Assembly (NCBI GenBank): GCA_044225505.1
Contig: JBGAIN010000084.1
Coordinates: 1-34,668, forward strand
Origin: Limisphaerales bacterium
Lineage (GTDB): Bacteria > Verrucomicrobiota > Verrucomicrobiia > Limisphaerales > SIBE01
Length of the DNA stretch: 34,668 bases
Reading direction: 5' to 3'
Every line of letters starts with the position of its first letter. Positions within the stretch are counted from its first letter, which is position 1. The translations under genes were made by a program, and so were the position numbers. Shown one piece after another: positions 1 through 10,364 of this stretch. The notes under the pieces are model-generated. The model ran no database searches. It was given only the letters and a program-made list of their open reading frames with translations, and had not been told where the DNA came from.

Positions 1-489
1 CAAGATTTTGAGCATTATCAAGGCCGGCAAAAGGCCGGGGAGGAAGTTTGGTTTTACACCTGCGTCTTTCCTCAAGGCGAATATGCCAATCGCTTCCTGG
101 AACAGCCTTTGATTAAAACGCGCCTCTTGCATTGGATTAACTTCCAATACGGGGTCACAGGCTACCTCCACTGGGGTTATAACCAATGGACGGATGACCG
201 TCCATTCACTCACTCAACGAGGCCTCACAACGGACCCCCGTACCTTCCCGCTGGCGATCCCTGGATTGTATATCCGGGGCGCGACGGTCCACTGGACTCG
301 ATCCGGTTTGAAGCCATGCGCGATGGCATCGCGGACTATGCTTTGCTGCAAGCGCTCGCCCAACGCGATCCAGAAGCTGCTCGGGCACTGGCTCGACGAG
401 TCGTCTTGAGTTTCGATCGCTACAATACAGACGTCGCGGCATTCCGAGCAGCCCGCCATGAACTACTGGACCGGTTAGAGCCCAAGTAA
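1..489 (+). CDS. DUF4091 domain-containing protein (GH123-like), 3' part; 5' end lies outside the window
   Basis: Frame is open from base 1 (QDFEHYQGRQKAGEEVWFYTCVFP...). It contains GYLHWGYNQW, GDPWIVYPG and SIRFEAMRDGIADY, motifs typical of DUF4091 C-termini. Stop TAA ends at 489. Confidence 0.8.
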   Translation, partial: QDFEHYQGRQKAGEEVWFYTCVFPQGEYANRFLEQPLIKTRLLHWINFQYGVTGYLHWGYNQWTDDRPFTHSTRPHNGPPYLPAGDPWIVYPGRDGPLDSIRFEAMRDGIADYALLQALAQRDPEAARALARRVVLSFDRYNTDVAAFRAARHELLDRLEPK

Positions 490-547
490 ACTCCCAGGTT
501 CGAAATCCAGCGAGTAATCCGATGAACTCGCCTCGCCACGACTGTGG

Positions 548-1471
548 TTAAGGAACCTTCTCGATCCACTCCTTGGCTCTCTTCATCGCCGCAACTTCCG
601 CGGGGATGTGTTCGATGATGCAGTTCAAAGGACGCTCGAGCTTTCGGATTTCGGAAAGAAATAGCGGGTAGTTCATTTCTCCGGCACCTGGACCTGGCAA
701 ATCTACCGTCTGCCCGTTGGCATTGAGCTTCAGGTCTTTGAAGTGCGCCAGATGAACGCGATCCCCGAGCTCACGAAACAGACGCTGCAGTTCCGCATCG
801 CGACGCGGATAGAGACTGGCATTCACGAAGTTGGGAGGATCCAGCAGCAGGCCCACTTGACGCGCAGGAAAGGGAGCGAGCACTTGCTTCGCCAATTCGG
901 CAGTGCCTAGGACGTGCGGGAAATATGGTTCGAACGCGACCCGACCGGCGATCGGTTCAAGGATCGGAACAATAGATGTTGCGATGCAACCCTGCAGCCG
1001 CTCCACCGCCTCCGCTGTGTGGTTCCGCGGGTCGCTACCGCCAAACTCAGCGGCAAAACTCCCGCTCCAAGTGACAAACTGATTGCATTGAAACAAGTCC
1101 GCACAGTTTGCGATCTTCCTCATGACGGCCAGGCTGGCTCCCATGAAAGTCGTATCATCAGGTCGAAACTGGTTGAAATAGGTCCCAAACGCCACTGTGC
1201 GAAGCTGCAACTCCTTGAGCAATCGCGCGAGGCTCACGAGCTCATCACTGGAAGGATCGAAAAAGAAGGAAAGTTGCACCCTCTTGAATCCGGCATCGAC
1301 AATGGCCTTGGCCCTCGTTTGCAGCTCAGCGGTTGAATTGCCCTGCAACATCATCCCGAGTTGAATGATGTCTCCCCCAGACGCAGCCGTCACGAAACGG
1401 TTCCGAGCAGAGCAAGCCATTGCAGCGGCCACGGTATGGAAGAATCGCCGACGAGAGAAGAATCCGTTCAT
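548..1471 (-). CDS. Sugar phosphate isomerase/epimerase family protein (xylose isomerase-like TIM barrel) with Tat signal
   Basis: Metal-ligand pattern AFEP...LLDPPN...HLAHFKD...IIEH and N-terminal SRRRFF. ATG at 1471 preferred over TTG at 1492. Confidence 0.8.
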   Translation of the reverse strand: MNGFFSRRRFFHTVAAAMACSARNRFVTAASGGDIIQLGMMLQGNSTAELQTRAKAIVDAGFKRVQLSFFFDPSSDELVSLARLLKELQLRTVAFGTYFNQFRPDDTTFMGASLAVMRKIANCADLFQCNQFVTWSGSFAAEFGGSDPRNHTAEAVERLQGCIATSIVPILEPIAGRVAFEPYFPHVLGTAELAKQVLAPFPARQVGLLLDPPNFVNASLYPRRDAELQRLFRELGDRVHLAHFKDLKLNANGQTVDLPGPGAGEMNYPLFLSEIRKLERPLNCIIEHIPAEVAAMKRAKEWIEKVP

Positions 1472-1583
1472 AAGGTTCACTTGGGTTGGCAACGCTGCCG
1501 GTTAGAATACCTGTGACTTGCCTCGAAGCCAGAAAGTTTTCGTTGCTAGAATGCCGCGGCCAGTTTACGGGTGAGGCATCGCG

Positions 1584-4025
1584 TTGCTTCCGATTGTGAA
1601 AACTTATTTCATTCTCGCAAAAACAGCGGGTTCGATGCTCGTGCTTTGCGCGGCATGCCTTGCCTTAAATTCCGTGGCTGCAGCTGCTGCGCCCAAAGAG
1701 TCCGGCTCCTCACCTGGACCTAGCGGCGATTCCAACCTGGTCTTGCCCGCACCAATTCAAACCTGGGACGAAGCGATACCGCTCGGCAATGGTTTATTGG
1801 GTGGGCTGCTCTGGGGCGAAAACGCGACACTCCGCCTGTCGCTCGACCGCGGTGACCTTTGGGACGAGCGCCCTGCCGTGGAAAAGGAATGGTGGAAAAA
1901 GCGCACGTATTCCGTCATGCAACGATTGGTGCGGGAGAAGAAATTTGACGAGGTCAACCAACTGTTCGACAGCCCGTATAACGGAGTGAGCCCGACCAAA
2001 CTTCCCGCGGGGCGCCTCGAAATCACGTTGGCGGCCGGCCAACAGCTTAAAGCATTTGAACTCAACCTGGCGAATGCCGAAGGCCTCGTGCACCTAACCA
2101 ACGGCGCAAGTCTCGAGGCCTTTTTCTCTGCTGACCAACCGGTCGCGCTGATCCGGATTCCAGGCCCCGAACCTCTAGCGGTTCACCTGCTCACACCGCT
2201 CGACGTCAAACGCAAAGCCCAGGGTACGGACACCGGTCCGAGCAGCGGCGGGTCGGTCGACCGGTTGGGATATCCAGAGACCCAGACTCAGACCGAAGGC
2301 AGCGCGCAATGGTACGTGCAGACTGCAGCTGAGGGGCTGCGGTATTGCGTCTGCGTCGATTCGCAGCGCAGCCAGAAAGAGACTTTGCTAGCGATCACCG
2401 TGACGTCTACCCGAGAACAGACCGATCCTCTCGCATTAGCTCGGAAACGATGTGCCTCGGCGCTGCAGGCCGGATACGATTCCATGAAGCGCACCCACCG
2501 CGCGTGGTGGATGAGCTTTTGGAATCAATCTGCAGTCCGCGTGCCCGAGCCTGAAATCCAACGGCAGTACGATCTGGTGCAATATTTCTACGGCGCGGCA
2601 TCGCGTCGACACGCTCCGCCAATGCCGTTACAAGGAGTCTGGACGGCTGACTCGGGTGGGTTGCCTCCCTGGAAAGGGGACTACCATAATGACCTCAACA
2701 CCCAGATGACCTACATCGCGTATCAAGGAGCGGGGCATTTCGACGAAGGATCCTCCTTCCTCGACCTCCTCTGGGATTTGCTTCCGCGCTTTCGCGAATT
2801 TGCACGGGACTTTTACGGAACACCCGGTGCCGCGGTTCCTGGAGTCATGTCTTTAGCAGGGCAACCGTTAGGGGGCTGGGGACAATATAGTCTCTCGCCG
2901 ACCATGGGCGCTTGGAACGCTCATCTCTTTTATCTGCACTGGTGCTATACGAGGGACGAAACCTTCTTGCGCACACGGGCTTACCCGTGGTGCAAGGAGA
3001 TTGGAATCTGCTTACGCGCATTACTTAAACCGGACGATTCTGGCGTTCTGGTTCTGCCACTTTCCACGTCGCCCGAAATATTCGACAACACAGGCCGAGC
3101 GTTTCTGAAACCAAACACGAACTACGACCTGGCCTGCTTGAAAATGTTGTTCCTCAGCCTCGCGGAAATGGCCGAAGCGAGCGAGCAACCTGCCGATGCC
3201 AAAGAGTGGCGGGACTCGGCCTCGGCTCTCGGTGATTTCCATGCCAACCCCGACGAGGTGCTCTTGGTCGATGCCCGGACTCCCCTGCCCTACAGTCATC
3301 GACACCTTTCCAATCTGATGGGAATTTACCCATTCAACTTGATCAACGTCGAAGGCGGCGCGCGCGACCAGGCACGAATTCGAGCTTCTCTAGCACAATG
3401 GGAGAAGCTTGGGCCGAGCCAGTGGTGCGGCTATAGCTATTCCTGGATGAGTTGCCTCCGCGCTCGGGTCGGGGACGCGGAAGCCGCGATTCGAGCTCTC
3501 GACGTCTTCGTGAAGGCGTTTGTGCTTCGCAATGGGTTTCATGCGAACGGTGATCAAACCAAGAGCGGGTTCTCGAGCATGACCTATCGACCGTTCACGC
3601 TCGAAGGCAATTTTCTCGCCGCCCAGGCCGTCCAGGAAATGCTCTTGCAAAGCTGGAGTCCCACCCCAGGCCGGGGCGACACCGAGATAATCCGTATATT
3701 CCCGGCCACACCTTGGCGCTGGCACGACGCTTCTTTCGAGGACTTAAGGACCGAAGGCGGACACCGCGTTTCGGCGAAGCGCGAAAACAATGCCACCGTC
3801 GCGTTTCGGCTGGTTGCTGGCCGAGACGGTCTTATCCGCATTCGAAACAACTTTGAAGGTCGGATACCGCAGTGGAATCGAGAGGACATCCGTCTGGCAG
3901 GCGACTGTTTTGAAGTGAAATTGCAGAAAGGCGAGTCAATCACCGGGCTTTTGGAAAGACCTGGCCTGATTCCACCTGCCCCCAAGAAGATCGCCGTGCC
4001 GGTGGTGGTTGGATCTGCTCAATAG
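1584..4025 (+). CDS. GH95-like glycoside hydrolase (alpha-L-fucosidase/L-galactosidase-like), secreted
   Basis: WDEAIPLGNGLLG, LQGVW, DYHNDLN, SPE, HRHLSNL and EGNF motifs plus a signal peptide. Start uncertain (1584/1596/1635). Confidence 0.8.
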   Translation: MLPIVKTYFILAKTAGSMLVLCAACLALNSVAAAAAPKESGSSPGPSGDSNLVLPAPIQTWDEAIPLGNGLLGGLLWGENATLRLSLDRGDLWDERPAVEKEWWKKRTYSVMQRLVREKKFDEVNQLFDSPYNGVSPTKLPAGRLEITLAAGQQLKAFELNLANAEGLVHLTNGASLEAFFSADQPVALIRIPGPEPLAVHLLTPLDVKRKAQGTDTGPSSGGSVDRLGYPETQTQTEGSAQWYVQTAAEGLRYCVCVDSQRSQKETLLAITVTSTREQTDPLALARKRCASALQAGYDSMKRTHRAWWMSFWNQSAVRVPEPEIQRQYDLVQYFYGAASRRHAPPMPLQGVWTADSGGLPPWKGDYHNDLNTQMTYIAYQGAGHFDEGSSFLDLLWDLLPRFREFARDFYGTPGAAVPGVMSLAGQPLGGWGQYSLSPTMGAWNAHLFYLHWCYTRDETFLRTRAYPWCKEIGICLRALLKPDDSGVLVLPLSTSPEIFDNTGRAFLKPNTNYDLACLKMLFLSLAEMAEASEQPADAKEWRDSASALGDFHANPDEVLLVDARTPLPYSHRHLSNLMGIYPFNLINVEGGARDQARIRASLAQWEKLGPSQWCGYSYSWMSCLRARVGDAEAAIRALDVFVKAFVLRNGFHANGDQTKSGFSSMTYRPFTLEGNFLAAQAVQEMLLQSWSPTPGRGDTEIIRIFPATPWRWHDASFEDLRTEGGHRVSAKRENNATVAFRLVAGRDGLIRIRNNFEGRIPQWNREDIRLAGDCFEVKLQKGESITGLLERPGLIPPAPKKIAVPVVVGSAQ

Positions 4026-4235
4026 CGACGCCAACTCGCTTAGGAATTGGCTCAAATATGCCGCTTGGTGAGAGCAGGCCAGCGTCTGCGAAGTTTATCG
4101 GCACAAGGCGCAATCCTTCGCGGGCCCGCACGGATAGCTTCCGACCGGACTCTTGAACACTCGCAGATTAGCTTTTCTTTTTCCGAGAACCCTTGCAGAA
4201 AGGAAACATTACTCTCACACTACAGCCGAAGCCAC

Positions 4236-6107
4236 ATGTCGACTATGCAATCAAATCGATTTGCACTCTCTCAATGGACGCTGGCAGTCCTTGTCGCTGG
4301 AGCCGCGTTCGTGAGCGATGCCACGGAATTCCACGTTTCGCAAACGGGATCCGACTCAAATCCCGGGACCCTGGCCGCGCCCTTCCGGCGGATCCAGCGT
4401 GCTGCAGACGCCGCGCAACCTGGAGATACGATCACGGTACATCGCGGAACTTACCGGGAGCGCGTTAATCCTCCGCGGGGAGGGTTAAAGAATAAGCCGA
4501 TTGTTTATCAAGCCGCACCGGGTGAGAGCGTCGAAATCAAAGGATCCGAAGTCATTAATGGCTGGGCAAAGGTTGAGGGCGATGTTTGGCAGGTCGCGCT
4601 GCCGAATTCATTCTTTGGGAACTTCAATCCTTTTCGGGAATCCATTCGTGGCGACTGGTTCGATCCGCGAGGCCGAGGTCACCACCGAGGCGCTGTGTAC
4701 GTCAACGGCCAGTGGCTTTCAGAAGCGGCGGCGCTGACCAACGTTCTAAATCAAGCGTCGACCGCGGAACAGTTGTGGTTTTCTGAGGTGGGCGAGAACG
4801 AGACAATTGTCTGGGCGCGTTTCAGCGGAGTGAACCCGAACGAGCAACTGGTTGAAGTGAATGCACGTCCGACCGTCTTCTATCCGGATCAACCCGGTCG
4901 AGACTACATTACGGTGCGAGGTTTTACTCTGCAACAAGCTGCGACGCAGTGGGCGCCACCGACTGCGGAACAGATTGCGGTGATTGGCACGCACTGGAGC
5001 CAAGGGTGGATCATCGAGAGCAATACGGTCAAGAACTCGGTCTGCTCCGGGATTTCATTAGGGAAATATGGAGACGCCTGGGATAACACATCGGCGGATA
5101 CTGCTGAAGGCTACGTCAAAACAATTGAACGTGCCCTGACAAACGGCTGGAACAAGGAGACAATTGGTCATCACGTCGTTCGAAACAATACCATCTCGCA
5201 TTGCGAGCAGGCTGGGATTGTCGGAAGTCTCGGGGCGGCGTTCAGCGTCATCAGCAGCAACACCATCCACGATATTCATGTGCGCCGACTCTTTTCGGGC
5301 GCGGAAATGGCCGGGATCAAGTTCCACGCGGCCATTGATACGGTCATTCGAAATAATCACATCTATCGCACTTGTCTGGGACTGTGGCTGGATTGGATGG
5401 CGCAAGGCACTCGCGTTTCCGGAAACCTATTTCACGGCAATCCCACCGACCTCTTCGTGGAGGTCGATCACGGCCCGTTCATCGTGGACAATAACGTGTT
5501 TCTTTCCGGGACGAGCCTTCTGGACGTATCGGAAGGCGGCGCTTACGTGCACAATCTGTTTGCCGGACGTTTCATCAGCCATCCTGAGCCCAATCGGGAA
5601 ACTCCATTTCACCCAGCTCACGTAACGCAAATGGCCGGGCTTCGGACCATCAAAGGAGGAGATGACCGCTTCTACAACAACATCTTCGTCGGGCCTAGTG
5701 CGGTACAACCGAAGAAAGACGCCTCCGGTTATGGGTTGTGTGTCTACGATGAACGACCCTACGCGCTACAAACGGGTGGCAATTTCTATTTTGCCGGCGC
5801 GCAGCCGTATCGGACAGAGACGAACAGTGTGATACAGCCGGCTTTAAGTCCGAAGTTGAGGCTGACGACTTCTGACCACACCACTGTCTTGGAAAGCGAC
5901 TTTGGAACGGCACTTCAGCAGGCTTCGCCAACCCCAGTGACGACGGAACGCCTGGGGCGAGCTCTGATTCCCAATCTCCCGTACGAAGCTGCTGACGGCT
6001 CCCCAATTCGGTTTGAGACCGATTACTTCGGACGCCAGCGCGATTCACTTCATCCCATGCCAGGTCCATTCGAATCCTTCGACGCGCGGCTTGTCCTGGA
6101 CCGCTAA
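4236..6107 (+). CDS. GH120-like beta-xylosidase (DUF1565 + right-handed parallel beta-helix), secreted
   Basis: GSDSNPGTLAAPFRRIQRAA, GTYRERVNP, AATQWAPPTAEQ, GLWLDWMAQG and FVEVDHGP motifs. ATG 4236 or 4245 precedes a signal peptide, so the TTG at 4047 is unlikely. Confidence 0.8.
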   Translation: MSTMQSNRFALSQWTLAVLVAGAAFVSDATEFHVSQTGSDSNPGTLAAPFRRIQRAADAAQPGDTITVHRGTYRERVNPPRGGLKNKPIVYQAAPGESVEIKGSEVINGWAKVEGDVWQVALPNSFFGNFNPFRESIRGDWFDPRGRGHHRGAVYVNGQWLSEAAALTNVLNQASTAEQLWFSEVGENETIVWARFSGVNPNEQLVEVNARPTVFYPDQPGRDYITVRGFTLQQAATQWAPPTAEQIAVIGTHWSQGWIIESNTVKNSVCSGISLGKYGDAWDNTSADTAEGYVKTIERALTNGWNKETIGHHVVRNNTISHCEQAGIVGSLGAAFSVISSNTIHDIHVRRLFSGAEMAGIKFHAAIDTVIRNNHIYRTCLGLWLDWMAQGTRVSGNLFHGNPTDLFVEVDHGPFIVDNNVFLSGTSLLDVSEGGAYVHNLFAGRFISHPEPNRETPFHPAHVTQMAGLRTIKGGDDRFYNNIFVGPSAVQPKKDASGYGLCVYDERPYALQTGGNFYFAGAQPYRTETNSVIQPALSPKLRLTTSDHTTVLESDFGTALQQASPTPVTTERLGRALIPNLPYEAADGSPIRFETDYFGRQRDSLHPMPGPFESFDARLVLDR

Positions 6108-6408
6108 CGAACCGAAACGCTTAGGCCTGGCGGAGGGGCTTTCGGCTGAACTCCGGTCCTCGACAGCGTGCTGGAGACCTCTCACCGGTTTACGAACTGG
6201 GTCGACCGCCGCGGTTGGTCATTGAAATCGAAGTCACTGATCGTTTGAGCCACTCTGACATAGGTCCATGGTCGTCCGGACCTCCATAGAAACCTGCACA
6301 TTCTTTGCGGATTTTTCAATCCGATTGCGCCTGTACTCTTGAACCGAAGCTAGTTTCACAATAGCCCCGATCCATTTCGAACGAGGCCGTTGGTGAACCG
6401 GTCGCAGA

Positions 6409-6486
6409 CCGCCCGCGTCAGTTGCGCTCCTTGCCGTTCAAGAGAGCGCCACCTGGGAACACTCTGGCGCGGGCGGATTCTTCTTT
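6409..6486 (+). other. Intergenic stem-loop followed by a T-rich tract (possible terminator or attenuator)
   Basis: CCGCCCGCGTCAG (6409-6421) pairs with CTGGCGCGGGCGG (6464-6476). Inner stem GCGCTC/GAGCGC; followed by ATTCTTCTTT. Confidence 0.4.
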
Positions 6487-6631
6487 GCATTCCCAATCCC
6501 GTACGGGGCGGCCTTCAGCCCGGTTGCGAGCCATCCATGCGCCAGGTAGCCAAAAGTTCCATAGCCAACGGCCGCCTTACCTGCGAATAGTGGGACGCTA
6601 GAACGATCGGCAACCAAGAACTCCCTCGATT

Positions 6632-8281
6632 ATGAAAGCAAAGTCACTCTGGCAGCCGTTGGCGATGTTACTCGCCGGCCTCCAAACCTTGGCCGCGGGT
6701 AGCCAGGACGATTTGCCCGGTCCACTGTTTGAAGGTTTAGGCGATATCCAGCACCCGGTCACGACGCAATCCAAGCTAGCTCAACGCTACTTCAATCAGG
6801 GACTCACGTTGACGTACGCATTTAACCATAAGGAAGCCATTCGCGCCTTCCGTGCTGCTGCTTCGGTGGATCCGGGGTGCGCCATGGCGCACTGGGGAGT
6901 CGCTTTAGCCTTCGGTCCGCATGTGAACAAGCCAATGGCACCGGAAGAAAACCAGCAAGCTTGGGAAGCGCTGCAACGGGCGATCGCCGCCAAGCCAGGA
7001 GCAAGCTCCAAAGAACAAGCTTACATCGATGCTCTCTCTCGTCGGTATCAGGCTGAACCCGCGGCAGATCGCACCGCAATGGACCGATCTTACGCCAATG
7101 CCATGCGTGAACTTGTCCGTCAATTCCCTGACGATCTCGATGCCCAGACTCTTTTTGCGGAAGCCCTCATGGACACGATGCCGTGGGATTACTGGCGCAA
7201 GGATCAAACCCCCAAGCCGGAAGCGCAGGAAGCGATGAATGCCCTCCGCTTTGTTCTCAGTCGCAATCCGCTACACCCCGGCGCCAATCATTTCTTTATC
7301 CACGCAGTTGAAGCCGGGCCGAATCCTGAACTGGGCCTGCCTGCCGCTGACCGGTTGGCGCAGCACGCTCCGTCCGCTGGGCACCTCGTCCATATGCCGT
7401 CGCACATTTACATGCGTGTCGGACAGTATCAGGACGCCATCGCCGCCAACGAACGAGCCATAGCCACGGATCAAACTTATCTCGCCCAGACGCGGGCGCA
7501 GGGCTTCTATCCAGGCGCTTATTATCCGCACAATATCCATTTTCTGTGGTGGGCGCTGCTTTATGATGGACGAAGCGAACGGGCCGTACAGACAGCTGCC
7601 AAGGCGGCGCAATACGCCGTCGATAACTACTGTTCCCCGAGCAAAGCGGTCGAAGCGCCACGTTTTCGACATCTGCCTTGGATGACGTCGCTCCGGTTCG
7701 GTCGCTGGGATGTCATTCTTAAAGTTCCCCAACCCGCCGCGACGAACGACTTTCTTATGGACCGTGCGATGTGGCATTTCGTTCGTGGGTTGGCGTTCGT
7801 CGCGCGAACCGACGCCCAATCGGCGGCACACGAACTCGAGCAACTGAGCCAGTTGGCACATTCAGACCAGGCAAAGGCCCTCGATAATCCTCAATTACCC
7901 GTGACAGGGATTCTGGCGGTCGCAGAAGCGTGGCTGCGTGGTAGAGTCGCAGGCGCCAACGGCGAATTCTCGCAAATGGTCCAACGTCTCGAGGAAGCGG
8001 TAAGCTTGGAAGAGGCTCTACCGTACATGGAACCTGCCTATTGGCCGATTTCAGTCCGACCCGCGTTGGGCGCTGCCCTGCTCCGCTCTGGAGAGGCCCG
8101 ACGAGCGGAACAAGTGTTCCGTATGGACCTTGAGCGAATCCCGCGGAACGGGTGGGGTCTGTTCGGCCTGGAGCAGGCTTTGCGCGCTCAGGGAAGAACC
8201 GACGCGGCGGACCTAGTTAACCGCCAATTTACGGAAGCTTGGCAACGCGCGGACACCCAGCTCCAATTGGCGTGGTTCTAA
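6632..8281 (+). CDS. Secreted TPR-like alpha-solenoid protein with His-rich motifs
   Basis: AQRYFNQGL..YAFNHKEA, CAMAHWG, HPGANHFFIHAVE, GHLVHMPSHIY and PRNGWGLFGL motifs; signal peptide. Confidence 0.75.
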   Translation: MKAKSLWQPLAMLLAGLQTLAAGSQDDLPGPLFEGLGDIQHPVTTQSKLAQRYFNQGLTLTYAFNHKEAIRAFRAAASVDPGCAMAHWGVALAFGPHVNKPMAPEENQQAWEALQRAIAAKPGASSKEQAYIDALSRRYQAEPAADRTAMDRSYANAMRELVRQFPDDLDAQTLFAEALMDTMPWDYWRKDQTPKPEAQEAMNALRFVLSRNPLHPGANHFFIHAVEAGPNPELGLPAADRLAQHAPSAGHLVHMPSHIYMRVGQYQDAIAANERAIATDQTYLAQTRAQGFYPGAYYPHNIHFLWWALLYDGRSERAVQTAAKAAQYAVDNYCSPSKAVEAPRFRHLPWMTSLRFGRWDVILKVPQPAATNDFLMDRAMWHFVRGLAFVARTDAQSAAHELEQLSQLAHSDQAKALDNPQLPVTGILAVAEAWLRGRVAGANGEFSQMVQRLEEAVSLEEALPYMEPAYWPISVRPALGAALLRSGEARRAEQVFRMDLERIPRNGWGLFGLEQALRAQGRTDAADLVNRQFTEAWQRADTQLQLAWF

Positions 8282-8345
8282 GCCGGCGAAGGAACTATAC
8301 ACCTACCAGTCGTTCACTTGGTTGCGCCGGCTTGTGGAAAGCGAC

Positions 8346-9635
8346 CTATTCGTGGCGAAGCGCGTCAATCGGATCCAGACGCGCCGCTGCCTTGGCAGGA
8401 TAAATACCAAAGACTATTCCCACCGCCCCGGAGATACCGAATGCCAATAGAACTGACCAGACGGTCACGATGGTCTTCATCGTGGTGAGATGAGACACCA
8501 AGATGGGGGTGAGAATCCCGACGACGACACCGATCAACCCTCCGCCGACAGATAAGACGACCGTTTCAACCAGGAATTGCATGGTGATGTCCCGGCGTTT
8601 GGCCCCGATCGCGCGGCGGACGCCAATCTCGCGGGTCCTCTCTGTCACGGTCGCCAACATGATGTTCATGATGCCGATTCCGCCAACCAGGAGCGAGATC
8701 GCCGCGATACTTCCGAGTACAATATTGAAGATCCGCTTGGTTTGCTCAGCCTGACGGAGCAACTGCAGTGGGACGATTGTTTCATAGTCGACCTTCTCGT
8801 GAAACCGGCTGAGAAGCGTCTTAATCTGAGGATCGGCCGTTTCCACCGAAGCCAGATCTCGCATTTGCACGGTGATCTGGTGGAGCTGAATTTCTTCTGC
8901 CTGAAAACTTCCCGCGGTCATTCGTACGAGGATTTCCCCAAACCGCGTTCGGGAAGTGGAGAGCGGAATGTATACGTTGTTGTCCATTGGCTCTCCTTCC
9001 ATTTTGCCGGCCTGGGTCCGTTGTTCTGGCATATTCTTTTCGCGAATAATGCCGACAATCTGGTAAGCAAAGGCATCGATGGTCAGAGCGCAATCCAGTG
9101 GATCCTGGTAGCTGAAGAGGCGCTGAGCGAGGCCGGCCGTTATAACGCAGACATTGTTTTGGTAAAGCTCATCGAGCGTCGTCAGAAATCGGCCGCGCAA
9201 GACGTCCACCCCCACAACCTCCGTGTAAACTGGCAAGGTTCCAATGACTTGGCAAGGCACCTCGATTCGGTTGTAACGTACGTTCTCGCGAATGATGCGC
9301 ATCGGCAGAACTCGGACAACGCCCGGGATCGTTGACTGCAAACGTCCGCCATCCTCGTAAGTCAAACCATACTTGACTCCCATACGGCGGTTGGAGTTAC
9401 CCGATTGCCTGGTATCTTCCGCCGGCTTGACGCTGCGCAAGATGATATTCTGGCTTCCCAATTTCTTAATCGCTTGCTGGGCTTCATAGGATGCTCCCTC
9501 CCCAATGGCGAGCATCGCAATAACCGAACAAACCCCAAAGATAATACCGAGCATTGTCAGCATTGACCGCAGCTTGTGCAATAACAGGCTCTTAACGCCC
9601 AACCGGACTGTGCTGACAAATTGAAAACTCAACAT
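8346..9635 (-). CDS. ABC transporter permease, MacB/FtsX family
   Basis: LRSMLTMLGIIFGV, GGIGIMNIMLATVTERTREIGVRRAIGA and PIDALRHE motifs; large periplasmic domain. Confidence 0.92.
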   Translation of the reverse strand: MLSFQFVSTVRLGVKSLLLHKLRSMLTMLGIIFGVCSVIAMLAIGEGASYEAQQAIKKLGSQNIILRSVKPAEDTRQSGNSNRRMGVKYGLTYEDGGRLQSTIPGVVRVLPMRIIRENVRYNRIEVPCQVIGTLPVYTEVVGVDVLRGRFLTTLDELYQNNVCVITAGLAQRLFSYQDPLDCALTIDAFAYQIVGIIREKNMPEQRTQAGKMEGEPMDNNVYIPLSTSRTRFGEILVRMTAGSFQAEEIQLHQITVQMRDLASVETADPQIKTLLSRFHEKVDYETIVPLQLLRQAEQTKRIFNIVLGSIAAISLLVGGIGIMNIMLATVTERTREIGVRRAIGAKRRDITMQFLVETVVLSVGGGLIGVVVGILTPILVSHLTTMKTIVTVWSVLLAFGISGAVGIVFGIYPAKAAARLDPIDALRHE

Positions 9636-9648
9636 AGATCAGCGGGTT

Positions 9649-10353
9649 TCAGACTTTTGGCGAGCGGTTTATGACTTCGCGATCGATCTGCCCGTCTTTC
9701 ATATGAATCACGCGGTGAGCTCGCGCCGCAACGCGTTCGTCGTGAGTCACCAGCACAATGGTTTTTCCGTCCTGGTTTAGCCGTCCGATCAGCTCTAACA
9801 CTTCCTGGCCCGTTTTTGAATCGAGATTCCCCGTTGGCTCATCTGCCAACATCATCAAGGGATCGTTTACGAGGGATCGCGCGATGGCGACACGCTGCTG
9901 TTGGCCTCCCGAGAGCTGATTCGGTCGGTGATGTAATCGATCTCCTAAACCGACCAGGTCTGCCAATTCCGTGCAACGCGCTTGAAACTGCCGGACGTCC
10001 TTGCCCTGGTAAAGCAGGGGCACCTGAATATTCTCAATCACTGTCAGTTGGGCGATCAAGTTGTAAGACTGAAAAATGAACCCAATCTTCCGCCCGCGTG
10101 CTTCCGACAACGTGTCGTCCGGCATCACCGACACATCTTCCCCTCCCAAAAAATAGCGCCCCGAAGTCGGGCGGTCTAAACACCCGAGCACGTTTAACAT
10201 CGTTGACTTGCCCGAACCGGACGGCCCCATAATCGCCACATAAGAACCAGCGTGGATCTCCAGGTTTACCCCTCGCAGTGCCTGGACTTTGACTTCCCCA
10301 CCGAGCTGGTAGGTCTTCTCGATTTCTTCCAGCCGGATGATCGCCGTGCTCAT
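9649..10353 (-). CDS. ABC transporter ATP-binding protein, MacB/LolD family
   Basis: Walker [10 protein letters not shown], signature LSGGQQQRV, Walker [11 protein letters not shown], and VTHD. Confidence 0.95.
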   Translation of the reverse strand: MSTAIIRLEEIEKTYQLGGEVKVQALRGVNLEIHAGSYVAIMGPSGSGKSTMLNVLGCLDRPTSGRYFLGGEDVSVMPDDTLSEARGRKIGFIFQSYNLIAQLTVIENIQVPLLYQGKDVRQFQARCTELADLVGLGDRLHHRPNQLSGGQQQRVAIARSLVNDPLMMLADEPTGNLDSKTGQEVLELIGRLNQDGKTIVLVTHDERVAARAHRVIHMKDGQIDREVINRSPKV

Positions 10354-10364
10354 GACGATTCCTT

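Noticed and set aside
4047..4235. N-terminal extension of the GH120 ORF
   Set aside because: Non-protein-like sequence; the signal peptide starts after ATG 4236/4245.
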